Below are positions 9,667-22,400 of a stretch of 47,188 nucleotides of DNA, piece by piece. Source of the DNA: an uncultured Bacteroidales bacterium (GTDB lineage: Bacteria > Bacteroidota > Bacteroidia > Bacteroidales > UBA932). The stretch is from positions 1-47,188 of the forward strand of contig CAMNQO010000001.1 of assembly GCA_946549475.1 (NCBI GenBank). The letters are read 5' to 3'. Position 1 is the stretch's first letter, and each line of letters begins with the position of its first letter. The notes under the pieces are model-generated. The model did not search any database. It had not been told where the DNA came from and saw only the letters and a list, made by a program, of their open reading frames with translations. Made by a program: the position numbers and the translations under genes.

Positions 9667-12429
9667 TCAACGGACGACGACATTGACGATTTTTCCGGGA
9701 ACGACAATCACTTTTACAATCTGACCGTCACCCACATACCGGGCCGTCTGGTCCAGTGAACGCACATGCTCCTCCACGGCGGCGGGAGCAAGCGACTTGG
9801 ACAGTTCGACGGTAAAACGCGTCTTGCCGTTGAAAGAGACGGCATAGGTGCAGTTGTCTTCGCGGGTGTACTCTTCCCGGTATTCGGGGAAAGCGGCATA
9901 ACTGACGCTTTCTTCATGGCCCAGCGCATGATACAGTTCTTCGGCAATGTGCGGGGCGAAGGGAGAGAGCACGATGACCAGCGGTTCGAGGATGGCGCGG
10001 CTGTGGCAGTCGCCCAACTCATTCACCGCAATCATAAAGGCGCTCACCGTGGTGTTGTAGGAAAAGTTCTCGATATCCTCGCGGGCTTTTCCGATGAGTT
10101 TGTGGAGGCTCTTGAGTTGTGCGGGCGTGGGCTGTTCGTCCGTGACGACAAAGGCATCCCGGTCGTAGAACATGCGCCAGACCTTCTTGAGGAAACGGGA
10201 GATGCCGTCGATGCCTTTGGTGTCCCAGGGCTTGCTCTGCTCCAGCGGACCGAGGAACATCTCATACAGGCGGAGGGTGTCGGCGCCGTAGGTGTCGCAA
10301 ATCATATCGGGATTGACGACATTGTACATGGATTTGCTCATCTTCTCGACGGCCCAGCCGCAGACATACTCTCCGTCTTCGAGGATAAACTCGGCATCGG
10401 CAAAGTCCGGACGCCAGGCCTTGAAGGCTTCGAGGTCCAGTTTGTCGTTGTGAACGATATTGACATCCACATGCAGTTCGGTCGTATCGTACCGGTCCTT
10501 CAGGCCGAGGGAGACGAAGGTGTTGGTGCCTTTGATGCGATAGACGAAATTGCTCCGTCCCTGGATCATTCCCTGGTTGATCAGTTTCTTGAAGGGCTCC
10601 TTTTCGCAGACATAACCCAGGTCATAGAGGAATTTGTTCCAGAAACGGGAATAAATCAGGTGACCGGTCGCGTGCTCCGTCCCGCCGATGTACAGGTCCA
10701 CATTGCGCCAGTATTCATCCGCCTCGCGGCTGACGAGCGCACTGTCGTTGTGCGGATCCATATAACGCAGGTAGTAGGCGCTGGAACCGGCAAAGCCGGG
10801 CATCGTATTTTTCTCGATGGGCCAGCCGTCCACCTCCCAGCCTTGTGCGCGGGCCAAAGGCGGCTCTCCTGCCTCCGTCGGTTTGTAGTTGTTGCCGATG
10901 GAGGGCAGTTCCAGAGGCAAGGAGGACTCATCCATCGGGGTCGCGATGCCCTCCTTGAAATAAATCGGGAAGGGCTCTCCCCAATAACGCTGGCGGGAGA
11001 AAATCGCGTCACGCAGGCGATAATTGACTTTGCGCTTGCCGATGCCGTGCGCCTCGACATAGTCGATGGCCGCCGGAATCGCCTCTTTGACCGTCAGCCC
11101 GTTGAGGAAGCCGCTGTTGCACATGACGCCTTCTTTGGCGTCGAAACTCTGCTCACTTACATCGCAGCCTTCGATGAGGGGGATGACGGGCAGGTTGAAA
11201 TGTTTGGCAAAGGCGTAGTCGCGGCTGTCGTGCGCCGGCACCGCCATGATGGCCCCCGTCCCATAGCCGGAAAGGACATATTCGGAAATCCACACGGGGA
11301 CCCTCGCACCGGTCAGCGGATTGATGGCATAAGAGCCGGAAAAGACACCGGTCACCTTGTGCGTCTGCGAGATGCGCTCCCGCTCCGTCTTTTTCTTGAC
11401 CTCGGCGAGATAGTCCGCAACGGCGGCCGCCTGCTCCGGCGTCGTGAGTTTGTCCACCCATTCGCTCTCCGGGGCCAGGACCATGAAGGTCACGCCGAAC
11501 ACCGTGTCCGCACGGGTGGTAAAGATGGTCATGTCATACTGTTTGTCGCCGTTGACGGCCTTGAAGACCATTTCGGCACCCTGGCTGCGGCCGATCCAGT
11601 TGCGCTGCATGTCCTTGAGCGAATCCGTCCAGTCGAGATCCGCGAGATCGTCGAGCAGGCGGCCCGCATAGGCGGACACACGCAACTGCCATTGGGTCAT
11701 TTTCTTCTGTTCCACCGGATAGCCGCCCCGCTCGGAAACCCCCTCCTTCACCTCGTCGTTGGCCAGCACCGTGCCGAGGGCGGGACACCAGTTGACCGTG
11801 GTCTCTCCCTGGTAGGCAATCCGGTAATTCATCAGGACTTCGGATTTTTTCTTCTCGTCGAAGGCGAGCCACTCGGAAGCGCTGAAATCCAACTCCTGCG
11901 TACAGGCGGCATCGGCGCCCCGGCTCCCCTCCCGGGCAAACAGGGCTTCCAGTTCGGCGATGGGCCGGGCCTTGCCGAGGCTGTTGTCATACCAGGAAGC
12001 AAACATTTTCAGGAACGCCCACTGGGTCCACTTGTAATAGGAGGGGTCACAGGTGCGGACTTCACGGGACCAGTCGAAACTGAAGCCGATCCGGTCCATC
12101 TGGCTCCGATAGCGGTTGATATTGTTTTCCGTCGTCACGGCCGGATGCTGCCCGGTCTGGATGGCATATTGCTCGGCGGGCAGGCCGAAGGCATCATAGC
12201 CCATCGGGTGCAGGACATTGTAGCCGCACAGGCGTTTGTAGCGAGCAAAGATGTCACTGGCGATATAGCCGAGGGGATGTCCGACATGCAGGCCCGCTCC
12301 CGAGGGGTAAGGGAACATGTCAAGGACATAATATTTCGGTTTGGAAGAATTGTTCTCCGCCCGGAAGGTGTGGTTGAGACTCCACCAATCCTGCCACTTC
12401 TTTTCAATCTCTCTGAAATTGTACTCCAT
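9667..12429 (-). CDS. leuS: Leucine--tRNA ligase
   Basis: [15 protein letters not shown] (HIGH), KMSKS, editing domain FTTR.DT...[12 protein letters not shown]. Confidence 0.98.
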   Translation of the reverse strand: MEYNFREIEKKWQDWWSLNHTFRAENNSSKPKYYVLDMFPYPSGAGLHVGHPLGYIASDIFARYKRLCGYNVLHPMGYDAFGLPAEQYAIQTGQHPAVTTENNINRYRSQMDRIGFSFDWSREVRTCDPSYYKWTQWAFLKMFASWYDNSLGKARPIAELEALFAREGSRGADAACTQELDFSASEWLAFDEKKKSEVLMNYRIAYQGETTVNWCPALGTVLANDEVKEGVSERGGYPVEQKKMTQWQLRVSAYAGRLLDDLADLDWTDSLKDMQRNWIGRSQGAEMVFKAVNGDKQYDMTIFTTRADTVFGVTFMVLAPESEWVDKLTTPEQAAAVADYLAEVKKKTERERISQTHKVTGVFSGSYAINPLTGARVPVWISEYVLSGYGTGAIMAVPAHDSRDYAFAKHFNLPVIPLIEGCDVSEQSFDAKEGVMCNSGFLNGLTVKEAIPAAIDYVEAHGIGKRKVNYRLRDAIFSRQRYWGEPFPIYFKEGIATPMDESSLPLELPSIGNNYKPTEAGEPPLARAQGWEVDGWPIEKNTMPGFAGSSAYYLRYMDPHNDSALVSREADEYWRNVDLYIGGTEHATGHLIYSRFWNKFLYDLGYVCEKEPFKKLINQGMIQGRSNFVYRIKGTNTFVSLGLKDRYDTTELHVDVNIVHNDKLDLEAFKAWRPDFADAEFILEDGEYVCGWAVEKMSKSMYNVVNPDMICDTYGADTLRLYEMFLGPLEQSKPWDTKGIDGISRFLKKVWRMFYDRDAFVVTDEQPTPAQLKSLHKLIGKAREDIENFSYNTTVSAFMIAVNELGDCHSRAILEPLVIVLSPFAPHIAEELYHALGHEESVSYAAFPEYREEYTREDNCTYAVSFNGKTRFTVELSKSLAPAAVEEHVRSLDQTARYVGDGQIVKVIVVPGKIVNVVVR

Positions 12430-12439
12430 ATCTCTGTTG

Positions 12440-13759
12440 TTATTTTCTTTTCAGTTTGAACTCGATGGGTATCGTCAATGTCGAGCGGACCTTCTTGCCG
12501 TGCATGCGTGCCGGCCGCCATTTGGGCGAGATGCTGACCACATTCACGGCCGCCTCGTCCAGACGCGAATCGACGGAGCGCACCACGCGCACTTGGCTGA
12601 CGCTGCCGTCCTTTTCAATGATGAAGTTGACCTGCACCATCCCCTGAACGCCCTCCGCAATGGCGCTTTCGGGATATTTCACATAACGGTAAACCCATTC
12701 CTGCATAAAACGGTCGATCTTGGGAGAGCCCAGAAATGCCGGGGGGACATCGCAATCATAATAGCCGTAAACGATGTCTTCCTCCTCCCGGGGCGTCTCC
12801 CGGGGCTCGAGAAAATCGATTTTCCCGGCATTGGAAGCCTGGTCGCGCACGAAATTGTAAAGATATTCCGACTGGAGTTCCATGTAGTCCCAGTCCAACT
12901 CTTGCGGTATATCCCGGGGGGTGTTGTGGCTGGAATACTGCCCGGTGGTAAAGAGCACCGCCGGTATCTCCTTGGCATAGAAGGCCCGGTGATCGGAGGG
13001 ATATGGCTCCTGCGAGGTCAGCACGGGCTTGACGGGCTGCAAGTCACGGGAAGTCGCCTCGACGGCCCGGTTCAGGTCGGCATTGGAGGCGGTATAGGCA
13101 TAAAAACCTTGGCTGCCGTAACCCAAAATGTCGAGGTTGATCATGAAATCGATGTCCTTGACATAGTCGAAACTGCGGTTCAGGAAATACCAGGCGCCCG
13201 CAAAAGAGTCACAGCCGGCTCCGAAGGCAATGAAAAGGATGCTCTTCTTGAACGCGCCCCCCGTCGCGGCAATATGGCGGGAGAGCGCCAGCAGGGTGGC
13301 CAGACCGGAGGCGTTGGCGTTCGCTCCGGGATAAATCACCTCCTCCTGCTCGCCGTCCCGCATCATCTGATAGGCTCCCAGATGGTCAATATGGGCTCCG
13401 ATGACGATGAAACGGTTGCGCAACTGGGGGTCGGACCCGCCCAGAATACCGATGACATTGCGGGAAACCAAGGTGTCCTTTCCGCCTTGAATGCCGAAGA
13501 CATCCCCTTCCGGACCGGTCAGCATCTCCAGACCGGCTTTCTCCATTTCCCGGTAGATCCAGGCGGCCACATCTTTCTCGCCGGGAGAGCCGGCCTTGCG
13601 TCCCCGGTGGACGGGGGAACAGATATACGACACATCCGCTTTCAGCGCGGCGACGCCTTCGGAGTCGTAGAACTCTTCGTAAGAGGCCCCGTCCCGATAC
13701 TGCGCCTGCAGAAGAGGGGCCGCCAGCAGAAGACACAGCAGGGAAAGCGTTATTCTCAT
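12440..13759 (-). CDS. M28 peptidase-like domain fused to a C-terminal TonB_C domain
   Basis: Signal peptide LLQA-Q; M28 fold motifs RNVIG, GAHIDH, NLD, SDH; TonB_C YPESA...GVQG.V.V.F.IEKDG...LDEAA...KWRPA...PIEF. Confidence 0.85.
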   Translation of the reverse strand: MRITLSLLCLLLAAPLLQAQYRDGASYEEFYDSEGVAALKADVSYICSPVHRGRKAGSPGEKDVAAWIYREMEKAGLEMLTGPEGDVFGIQGGKDTLVSRNVIGILGGSDPQLRNRFIVIGAHIDHLGAYQMMRDGEQEEVIYPGANANASGLATLLALSRHIAATGGAFKKSILFIAFGAGCDSFAGAWYFLNRSFDYVKDIDFMINLDILGYGSQGFYAYTASNADLNRAVEATSRDLQPVKPVLTSQEPYPSDHRAFYAKEIPAVLFTTGQYSSHNTPRDIPQELDWDYMELQSEYLYNFVRDQASNAGKIDFLEPRETPREEEDIVYGYYDCDVPPAFLGSPKIDRFMQEWVYRYVKYPESAIAEGVQGMVQVNFIIEKDGSVSQVRVVRSVDSRLDEAAVNVVSISPKWRPARMHGKKVRSTLTIPIEFKLKRK

Positions 13760-14343
13760 GGCCGTTCGTTGATTAAGAACCAGGCATCGGGAGGCAGATC
13801 GGCTTTGCGGGCGTCCAGAAATGCGAGGGCTTCGTCCGCCCGGTCCGTCGCATAGACCGCCGTGAGGCTGTATCCGTTCCCGAGGGTCAGTACCTGCGCC
13901 TGCGGGAAAGTCCCGGCCTGGAGCCGGGCACAGAAACGGACGGCATTGTCCGGGTCTTTGAAGGTGCCGGCAATCAGGTAAATCAGTTCCCGGACCTGGG
14001 GACTACCTTTATAACGGGAAACGCTCCGGACCAATGTCGCAGCGGCACCCTCCCGCAGCGCCTGCACCTGCGCGGCCCCGCCGAGGGGCGGGGTCGCAGC
14101 GGACGCTTCCGCGTCCGCAGAAGCCGCCGGCGTTGCCGCAGCCTCCGCAGGTGCAGGCGCCGCCGGACGCTTGTGCCTGAGCCGCCGGACCAGTTCGAGA
14201 CTGTCCCGCCGGTGTTCAAGCACGGTAAGTTCGGCACGGGTCGGCCGTCCGGCCGCCTTGCGCAAAAAGTCACAGGACCCCAGCACCGACGCACACACAA
14301 AGACAATGCAGACCGGTAAGAGCCGGCCTGCAATCCTTTTCAA
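13756..14343 (-). CDS. SPOR-like domain lipoprotein
   Basis: Probable TTG start at 14343; lipobox LGSC; Ala/Pro linker; YLIAGTFKDPDNA...DAWFL SPOR-like C-terminus. Confidence 0.7.
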   Translation of the reverse strand: MKRIAGRLLPVCIVFVCASVLGSCDFLRKAAGRPTRAELTVLEHRRDSLELVRRLRHKRPAAPAPAEAAATPAASADAEASAATPPLGGAAQVQALREGAAATLVRSVSRYKGSPQVRELIYLIAGTFKDPDNAVRFCARLQAGTFPQAQVLTLGNGYSLTAVYATDRADEALAFLDARKADLPPDAWFLINERP

Positions 14344-14359
14344 GAAAAAGAAACGGGAA

Positions 14360-15679
14360 CTATTGGGCGGAACCTTTGAGGAAATTGTCATATTTCTTGT
14401 ACCCGTCCACATAAGACGCCCCCTTGTCCTGGAAGCGGTAGTAGATGTTTTTCAAGTATTCGGCGATACCCTGCTGGAGTTTGGGATTGTTCGCGGCCAG
14501 ATCGAAGGCTTTCTCGAAAGGCTCGATGGCCTTGGGCATCGTCTCTTCGTAGAGCGCCAGGAACTTGCGGTAATCCGCATCCGCAATGGCTTCGTTGGCC
14601 TGCGTCGCATACTCGATGGCCCGCTCATAGTACAGCAGCCCCTCTCCGACATGGCCATAGGGGAACTGGGCATCGACTTCCGTCGCCTTGCGATAGCAGG
14701 CGATGGCGGCGTCATCCTCCTTGAGTTCCTTGTGGATATCACCTTCCGTCGAATACAGGGACGCATTCGTCGGATCGTTGACTTTGGCTTTGTCGAGCAA
14801 GACGAAAATCTCTTTCGGATCTTCGCCGCTGTTGCGGTAGGCATTGATCAGACCGATGATAATCGCCTGGCTGGAGGGGAATTTTTCAAATCCCTGTTTC
14901 AGATAAGCCAGTTGGCCGGCACTGTCGTTTTTGCGGGCGGCAATCTCGGAAAGGGCGGCGAAGACCTTGCCGTCTTCGTCATAGAAATTGTTGTCCAGAC
15001 ATTTCTGATAACAGGCCTCGGCCTTGTCCAACTCGCCCGTCTGCGAATAGAGCAGACCGGCATTGCCCAGGTTGGCTCCCTCGAAGACCACCGGCTCGCC
15101 GAAAGCGGAAGCGTCGCCGGCTTTTTCAAACAAACGGGCGGCTTCGGCTTTGTTGCCCAGCGCATACTGATTGTAAGCCTGGACGGCACAATAATCGACA
15201 ATCTGCTTGACACCTGCGGCGATGTCCTTGGTTTTTTTGCCGCCTTCGTCCAGGGAACGGGCTTTCGCGAAAGCATCGAGGGCTTTGCCGAGCGGATCTT
15301 CAACGGCCGACTTCGTCGGAACGATCATCGCAAGGATGTTGCTGCGGTAGTAGTAGTCGAAACATGCATAGGAGTCTTTCTGGTAAGCGGTCCCTTCGAT
15401 GTCAACCATCTGGGAAGAGAGGGGCTTGACCTCTCCCATCACCAGGGCGACTTGCTCCATCGGGGTGTTGAGCAGGCCATTGCCCAATGTGGCCTCATAG
15501 GCCTTGAGATATTCTTTGCCCAACTTGAGCCAAGTGTCAGGCTTGGCGGCCTTTTTGGGGTTTTCCGCGTTGGCGACCGCCTTTTCGACATTTTTGGCCA
15601 ATTTGGCGAGATCTTGAGCCATCATGGGCGTCTGCAGCATCATCAGAGCGGCGGACAATAAGATCAAAGTTTTTTTCAT
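14360..15679 (-). CDS. Exported tetratricopeptide-repeat protein
   Basis: Signal peptide cleaved before Gln; multiple TPR-like repeats (A..CY.KA.E.D); directly downstream of gyrA. Confidence 0.85.
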   Translation of the reverse strand: MKKTLILLSAALMMLQTPMMAQDLAKLAKNVEKAVANAENPKKAAKPDTWLKLGKEYLKAYEATLGNGLLNTPMEQVALVMGEVKPLSSQMVDIEGTAYQKDSYACFDYYYRSNILAMIVPTKSAVEDPLGKALDAFAKARSLDEGGKKTKDIAAGVKQIVDYCAVQAYNQYALGNKAEAARLFEKAGDASAFGEPVVFEGANLGNAGLLYSQTGELDKAEACYQKCLDNNFYDEDGKVFAALSEIAARKNDSAGQLAYLKQGFEKFPSSQAIIIGLINAYRNSGEDPKEIFVLLDKAKVNDPTNASLYSTEGDIHKELKEDDAAIACYRKATEVDAQFPYGHVGEGLLYYERAIEYATQANEAIADADYRKFLALYEETMPKAIEPFEKAFDLAANNPKLQQGIAEYLKNIYYRFQDKGASYVDGYKKYDNFLKGSAQ

Positions 15680-15703
15680 TGTGGTTGTTATTAAAAATAG
15701 GAT

Positions 15704-18274
15704 TTACTCGTTCTGTCCGGCATCGTTCTGCAAAGATTGTTCCTCGGCGTCCGCTCCTCCTTCCGCCTCTTCCTCATCCTCTTTCGGAACGACCGTGACC
15801 GAGGCGATGCTGTCTCCCTCGCGCAGATTGATCAGACGCACGCCCTGGGTGGCCCGGCCTTGCTCGCTGATGGTCGAAACCGCCATGCGGATGGCAATGC
15901 CGCTCTGGGTGATGATCATCAGGTCGTTCTCGGCCGTCACATTGACCAATGCGACCACCTTGCCTGTCTTTTCAGTGACATTCAGGGTCTTGACGCCCTG
16001 TCCGCCACGGTTGGTCAGACGGTATTCTTCGAAGTCGCTGCGCTTGCCGTAGCCGTTTTCGCTGACCACCAACGCCGAGTGCGCATCGGCATCTTCCGCG
16101 TTGGGGTCATAACAGACGATGCTGACGACCTCGTTGTCATCGCTGGCCAGGCGGATGCCGCGCACACCGGCGGCGGTACGGCCCATCGGACGCACGTCGC
16201 TCTCTTCAAAGCGCACACAGCGCCCTTCGCGGGCGGCCAGATAAATCTGGCTTTCGCCGTTGGTCAACTCGGCGGAGAGCAGTTCGTCTCCCTCGCGGAT
16301 GGTCAGGGCGATGATGCCCTTCGCCCGAACATTGGCGTAGGCGGCCAGGGTCGTCTTCTTGATGATACCGCGCTTGGAGCAGAGAACGACATAGTTGTTC
16401 TCCGCAAATTCGCGGTCTTTGAGGTCCTTGACCGACAGATAGGCGCGCACGGCCTCGTCTTCGGCAATCCCCAGCAAGTTCTGGATGGGACGGCCCTTGT
16501 AGGCGCGCCCCCCTTCCGGCAACTGATAGACCTTCACGGCATAGCACTTGCCCAGCGTGGAGAACAGCAGGAGCGTGGAGTGCATGTGCGCCACGAAAAT
16601 ATGTTCGAGGAAGTCCTCGTCGCGGGTGCCGCTTCCCTTCTTGCCCGTACCGCCCCGGTGCTGGGTACGGTATTCGGCCAGGCTGGTCCGCTTGATATAG
16701 CCCAGGTGGGAAATCGTGATGACCACATCCTCGGCGGCATAGAAGTCTTCGGGATTGAACTCACCCTCATCCGGCACAATCACGCTGCGGCGGGGGTCGG
16801 CATATTTTTCTTTGATTTCCTGCGTCTCCTCTTTGATGATGGCCATCTGACGGGTCTCGCTGCCGAGAATGTCCAGATAATCCGCGACGGCCCTGGCCAG
16901 TTCGTCATACTCGGCCTGGAGTTTCTCCCTTTCGAGTCCGGCCAGCGCGCGGAGTTTCATCTCGACGATGGCATTCGCCTGGATCTCGGTAAAATCAAAG
17001 CGCTCCATAATCCGGCTCTTCGCCAGATCGACCGTCTCGCTCCCGCGAATCAGGGCAATCACCTCGTCGATAAAGTCGATCGCCCGCAACAGCGCTTCCA
17101 GGATATGGATGCGGGCCTGGGCCTTCTTCAGCCGGAACTGCGTGCGGCGGACGATGATTTCGTGACGGTGCGAGACGAAACTCTCGATCAGGTCGCGCAA
17201 GTTCAGCGTGCGGGGACGCCCCTTGACGATGGCGACATTGTTGACGGAGAAACTGGACTGCAAGGGGCTGAGTTTGTAGAGCATATTCAGCACCACACCG
17301 CTGTTGGCGCCTTTTTTGAGGCGGATGGCGATGTTGACCCCCTTGCGGTTGGAGAAGTCGTTGATCTCGGCGATGCCCTCGATCTTCCCTTCGCGGGAAA
17401 GGTCGGCTATCTTCTTGATCATCTCCTTCCTGTTCACCATGTAGGGAACTTCGGTGACGACGATGGTCTCGATACCGTTGGGGGCCACCTCAATCTCAGC
17501 CTTGGAACGGATGACGATGCGCCCGTGGCCGGTCTCGAAGGCTTCTCTGATGCCCTGTACGCCACGGATGATGCCGCCCGTCGGAAAATCGGGACCTTTG
17601 ATGTACTGCATCAGTCCCTCCGTGTCGATGTCGGGATTGTCCACATAGGCACAGATGGCATCGCAGCACTCGCCCAGGTTGTGGGGAGCCATGTTGGTCG
17701 CCATACCGACGGCGATGCCCGAAGAGCCGTTGACGAGCAGAAGGGGGATTTTGGTCGGCAGCACGGTCGGCTCGTCGAAGCGCTCGTCAAAGTTCTTGAC
17801 CATTTCCACCGTATCTTCATACAGATCGTCGAGCACCTCGGCGGACACGCGCTCCAGTTTGGCTTCGGTATAACGCATGGCAGCGGCGGAATAACCGTCC
17901 ATCGAGCCGAAGTTGCCCTGGCCCTTCACCAGCGGATAGCGGAGGTTCCAATCCTGCGCCAGCCGCACCATAGTATCGTAAATACTGGAATCTCCGTGGG
18001 GGTGATACTTTCCCATGACCTCACCGACGATACCGGCGGATTTCATGGTCGCGGCCGAATAGTTGAGGTTCAGGCGGTCCATACCGAACAAAACACGGCG
18101 CTGGACCGGTTTGAGACCGTCACGCACATCGGGCAGGGCACGGGACACGATGACGGACATCGAATAATCGATGTACGCCGAACGCATCTGCTGGTCGATG
18201 TTTACCCTTTCAATCCTCCCCTGAGGCACCTCTTCCACCCCGGTCTGCTCCGTTAATTCTTCGTTGTTGTCCAT
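15704..18274 (-). CDS. gyrA: DNA gyrase subunit A
   Basis: [38 protein letters not shown] (catalytic Tyr), GyrA-box QHRGGTG, beta-pinwheel repeats, acidic tail. Confidence 0.98.
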   Translation of the reverse strand: MDNNEELTEQTGVEEVPQGRIERVNIDQQMRSAYIDYSMSVIVSRALPDVRDGLKPVQRRVLFGMDRLNLNYSAATMKSAGIVGEVMGKYHPHGDSSIYDTMVRLAQDWNLRYPLVKGQGNFGSMDGYSAAAMRYTEAKLERVSAEVLDDLYEDTVEMVKNFDERFDEPTVLPTKIPLLLVNGSSGIAVGMATNMAPHNLGECCDAICAYVDNPDIDTEGLMQYIKGPDFPTGGIIRGVQGIREAFETGHGRIVIRSKAEIEVAPNGIETIVVTEVPYMVNRKEMIKKIADLSREGKIEGIAEINDFSNRKGVNIAIRLKKGANSGVVLNMLYKLSPLQSSFSVNNVAIVKGRPRTLNLRDLIESFVSHRHEIIVRRTQFRLKKAQARIHILEALLRAIDFIDEVIALIRGSETVDLAKSRIMERFDFTEIQANAIVEMKLRALAGLEREKLQAEYDELARAVADYLDILGSETRQMAIIKEETQEIKEKYADPRRSVIVPDEGEFNPEDFYAAEDVVITISHLGYIKRTSLAEYRTQHRGGTGKKGSGTRDEDFLEHIFVAHMHSTLLLFSTLGKCYAVKVYQLPEGGRAYKGRPIQNLLGIAEDEAVRAYLSVKDLKDREFAENNYVVLCSKRGIIKKTTLAAYANVRAKGIIALTIREGDELLSAELTNGESQIYLAAREGRCVRFEESDVRPMGRTAAGVRGIRLASDDNEVVSIVCYDPNAEDADAHSALVVSENGYGKRSDFEEYRLTNRGGQGVKTLNVTEKTGKVVALVNVTAENDLMIITQSGIAIRMAVSTISEQGRATQGVRLINLREGDSIASVTVVPKEDEEEAEGGADAEEQSLQNDAGQNE

Positions 18275-18368
18275 ACTCCTTTATTTTGGGCTCCCGCAGA
18301 CCGGCGCGATTTTTCAAAAATCTCTTTTAAGGCCGTTTCCTTGCGATTTAAGCCGTTTTCACAATATG

Positions 18369-18414
18369 CAAAGATACAAAAAAGAAAGGGAATTAAAAAA
18401 TCTAAGTATCTTTG
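18369..18414. promoter_or_regulatory. Divergent Bacteroidetes -7 promoter boxes (gyrA / hydrolase)
   Basis: TATCTTTG on the minus strand (18369-18376) and TATCTTTG on the plus strand (18407-18414) match TAnnTTTG. Similar back-to-back boxes occur at 3441-3470, 27208-27283, 42677-42722 and 45894-45951. Confidence 0.75.
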
Positions 18415-18435
18415 CAGGCAAATTAAACGCACCGT

Positions 18436-19392
18436 ATGAAAAGATTATTTCTCCTGCTTTCCCTCTCCTGCCTGTGCGCCTTGGACCTTCATGCCGAAAT
18501 GGAACCCGACGGGACCTATCTTTACGCACAGAAAGACGGCCAGGACCTGTATCTGGATGTATATGCCCCGTTCCCGGACAGCGACACGACCGTGCAAATA
18601 GACAGCGTCACCCTCGTCAGCAAGCCGGCCATCCTCTTCGTGTTCGGAGGGGGTTTCAAGGAAGGCTCGCGGGACGCCGCCGCTTACAAGCCGTGGTTTG
18701 AGGCGCTGTGCAAAGACGGCTACCGCGTCATCTCCATCGACTACCGCCTGGGGCTCAAAGATGTCAAGAAAATGGGCATCGCCCAGCGCAATCTGCTCGA
18801 CAAGGCCATCCACATGGCAGTCGAAGACCTCTACAGCAGCGTACTCTTCCTGCGGGAAAATCAGGCGGAACTGGGAATAGATACCGACAATCTCGTGCTG
18901 GCCGGCTCATCGGCGGGAGCCATCACCATCCTGCAGGCCGACTATGAACGGGGCAACCGCACGGAATATGCGGCGGTCCTTCCGGAAGATTTCCGTTTCG
19001 CCGGGGTGATGTCCTTCGCCGGAGCCATCTACTCCACCCACGGGCCTGTCCAATACAGCCACTCCGCTCCGGCACCCACGCTGTTCATGCACGGGACTGC
19101 GGACAAACTGGTCAATTACGACCAGATCGTCTTTTTCAACATCGGTTGGTTCGGCTCCAGCCGCCTGGCGGAGCGTTTTGACAAACTGAACTATCCGTAC
19201 ACCTTCCTGCGATTCAAAGACCACGGACATGAGATTGCCGTCGCGATGACCTACACCCTGGAAATACAAAAAGAATTCATCCTCACCAGCGTGCTCAAGA
19301 AAGTCCCCCGCCGTCTGGACATCCTGGTTGACGACCCCCGCATCGAAGCCCCCGCCATCTGGAGGATGGGACCCGATGAACTCTACAAATAA
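18436..19392 (+). CDS. Exported alpha/beta hydrolase (esterase/lipase)
   Basis: Signal peptide; FGGGF oxyanion motif, DYRL, GSSAG nucleophile elbow, HGTAD, GHE. Confidence 0.9.
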   Translation: MKRLFLLLSLSCLCALDLHAEMEPDGTYLYAQKDGQDLYLDVYAPFPDSDTTVQIDSVTLVSKPAILFVFGGGFKEGSRDAAAYKPWFEALCKDGYRVISIDYRLGLKDVKKMGIAQRNLLDKAIHMAVEDLYSSVLFLRENQAELGIDTDNLVLAGSSAGAITILQADYERGNRTEYAAVLPEDFRFAGVMSFAGAIYSTHGPVQYSHSAPAPTLFMHGTADKLVNYDQIVFFNIGWFGSSRLAERFDKLNYPYTFLRFKDHGHEIAVAMTYTLEIQKEFILTSVLKKVPRRLDILVDDPRIEAPAIWRMGPDELYK

Positions 19393-19410
19393 TTGAACAG
19401 TATTCGCAGC

Positions 19411-19445
19411 AAAAAGGCCGGCACCTGTATTGTGCCGGCCTTTTC
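19411..19445. terminator. Bidirectional intrinsic terminator
   Basis: AAAAAGGCCGGCAC-ctgtatt-GTGCCGGCCTTTT between the convergent hydrolase and multi-barrel genes. Confidence 0.9.
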
Positions 19446-19464
19446 TGTTTGACGAATCCACGCC

Positions 19465-22400
19465 TTAGAAGATGAATACGGCGGAGACGGAAACCTCGTT
19501 CGGGGCAATGAACCACTTCTGGCTCTTGGCCGTCGGGGTCAGGAAGCGGGAATCCTCGTAGTTGGTGAAGAACTTGTGACCGGCCCAGCCGCTGACGCCG
19601 AAGTCGAGGTTGAACCACTTGGTGATCAGCACGGAATAACCGAATCCGAGACTGGCACCCAAAGCCGTACCCTCTTCGGGAGTCTTGAACCAGGGGACAC
19701 CGCCCGTACGGTAATTCTTGAACTGGGCGTCGGCACCGATCCACCAGCCGGCGAAGGAATACCAAGGCCACCAGCGGGCACCCATCGCAAAGCCGCGCTG
19801 GTTCTCCTGGAACTGGCCGGGCACACCCTTATTGAGCGTCCAGGGGTTGTATTTGACCTTGCCTTCGATAGTCCAATGACGGGCCACCTCATACTGCATC
19901 TCCAGATTGATCGTCCCGAGATTCAGCCAGGAAAGAAGGTTGGTTGACAAGGCGAAACTGCGGTAGTCCTTCTCGAAACGCTCTTTCTTGCCGTCCGGCA
20001 CATATTCGGTCGCCTTCTTCCAGTTCTTGCCGCCGAAGTTGTAGGAAACACCGGCATTGATGGTGGAAGCGAAAGCAAAACCGACATTCTTACCAAGCGT
20101 ATTGCTCTTGAGGCAATAGAGACGGCCGTCCGCAAACAGACCAAATTCCTCATCGAGATGATAATTGACGAACAGACCGGCGCCGGCCGTTAGGTTGTTG
20201 GCAAATTTGGCGCCCGTCACCTGGTTGGTGCGGATAAAGCCGCTGTGCGCATACGGGATGAGATCCCACTTTCTCTCAGGATCGGGCCGCATGAAAGTAT
20301 TGAGCGCATCCCACATCAGGTCCGCATGCAGATAGCCGAAGGACAGGACGCTCTGGTACATATCGTTACCACGGATGTTGCCGCCGACCGTACTGGCACC
20401 CGGCCTGGCCGTGTCGAGCCACTCGGAGAAAGAACCGGCCTGCAAACCGATACGGCCTCCGAAATGCGGGGAGAACCATTTTCCGAAAGTAAACTCGGCA
20501 TTGCCCGTAGGCGCCGTATTGGCTCCGGCGCTCTGACCGCCCTCGGCTGCCATGGTCACACCGCCGGAAAGGCCGATAAACCAGCCCTCGCGGAAGTTTT
20601 TGAGGACATACTGATTCTCGGTCCCTTCGGTATAGGACTGCCAGTAGTTCTTGTTGAGGTCGTAGGAAATACCGGCGAACAGGGACGTAATGACGGGCAG
20701 CACATACGGCTGACGCACAAAGCGGCTGCTCATCGTCGTGAAACGAAGGTCAGCGAAGATCTTGAGGTTGTCGAGGACGCGGATGTTGTTGATCAGACCG
20801 GCGCCATAGGCAAACTCACGCTTGAAGGACATGCCGCTCATATAGAAATTCTGCGCAAAGCCGAAATGGCCGTAAGGGACGACGCTCCAGATACGGTCGC
20901 GCTTGTAGCCGCCGAAGGTATTGGTCGCCTCCCACAGGAAGTCGGAGTGCAGGTAGTAAAATTTGGAATTGTACTTGTAGTTGCCAAACTGGTCGGGGCC
21001 GGTCGTTACGCCCTGACGGGGCTGCTTGACCGTCTCGCTCAGGCGGGAACCCAGGACACCGATGCGGTTTCCAAAGTACGGCGTGTACCATTTTCCGAAG
21101 TTGAAGTCAAAACCAAATTCAGCGCCGATTTCAGACTGGCTCTTGAGTTCACCCAGCATGTTGGTTCCGATGGCCGCCGTGATAAAGATGTTGTCGAACA
21201 GACGGTTGGCCAGGAACGGAGGGAGGCCGGTCTCTTTTTTGGCCGATTTGTCTCCGGAAAGTTTGCCGGTACGGTCCAGCGTATTGAGACGGTTGGCCGT
21301 GCGGAATCCGCTCACACCGAGATTGTAGGAAATACCGGCAGAGAGCGTTGCACCGAACGCTTTGTCGTCCGACTTGCCGACAGACTCGCCTTTGAGGGAG
21401 AAGAGACGCAGGTCGGCGAAAGCGGTCCAGCGGGAAGAGAGGTTGAAGTTGTTGAGGAGGCCCACGCCGGCTGCGAACTCACGCTGGCGCTTGCCGCCGA
21501 CATAGGTGGTGTATTGTCCGGTGTGGACATAAGGAATCAGATCATAGACGCGATACTCATCGTAGCCCATGACGGTATTGAGCAAGTTCCACAACACATC
21601 GGCGTGGACATAACCGAACTGGTAGGCGTTCGCATACATTTGCTTGCCCAGATAGGTGGCGGGTACGGAAGACATGCCGCGACGGGGAGCCGTCGTCCAG
21701 TCCTTGACGGTACCGCGCTGGTAACCGATACGGCCGGCAAACTGCGGGGAAAGCCACTTGCCGATGGTGATGTCCGCAGCCCAGCCGGCATCGCCGTTGA
21801 AACCGTCCTGTCCGCCGTCCATCAGGAGGGAAACACCTCCGGCCGCACTGAGGAACCAGTTGTCCTTGAACTCGTTGAGTGCATAAGCATAACTGTCCGG
21901 AACATCCTTATAGGAGGTCCAGTAGTTCTTGCCGATATCGTAAGAAACACCGGCCAGGACCGTCGCCATGCCACCATTGCGCTGCGAGGCAAGCATGCGC
22001 TTGCGGATGAAGTTGGCACGCATGTCGATGAAGGCATTCAAGCGGTTGGACAGACGGAAAGTGTTGATGAGACCGTAACCCATCGCATACTCCTGCTTAT
22101 AGGCACTGCCCGTATTGTAATATCCCTGGATGACACCGAACTGATAGTAAGGTATGATGTTCCAGAAGCGGTTGAAATCGTACTGGGTAAAGGTGTTGTT
22201 GAGGTTCCACAGGAAATCCGAGTGGACATAGAAATACTTGTTCTCGAAACGGTAGCGGTCCTCATTGGCCCAGCGCACCACATTTTCGGCCAGACGGGGA
22301 CGCGCGTCGCGCACATGCTCGACCATCGAGGCCCCCTGGACACCCAGACGGACACCGAACTGGGGAGAGATCCACTTGCCGATGTTCACATCGATCGCCG

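Noticed and set aside
9766-12459. 897-aa plus-strand ORF, and similar long ORFs at 1832-3478, 6615-8429, 15737-18256, 25092-27143 and 29417-32560
   Set aside because: These are antisense shadows of leuS, DUF389, ettA, gyrA and others. GC3-biased codons suppress stops on the opposite strand, and no family motifs are present.
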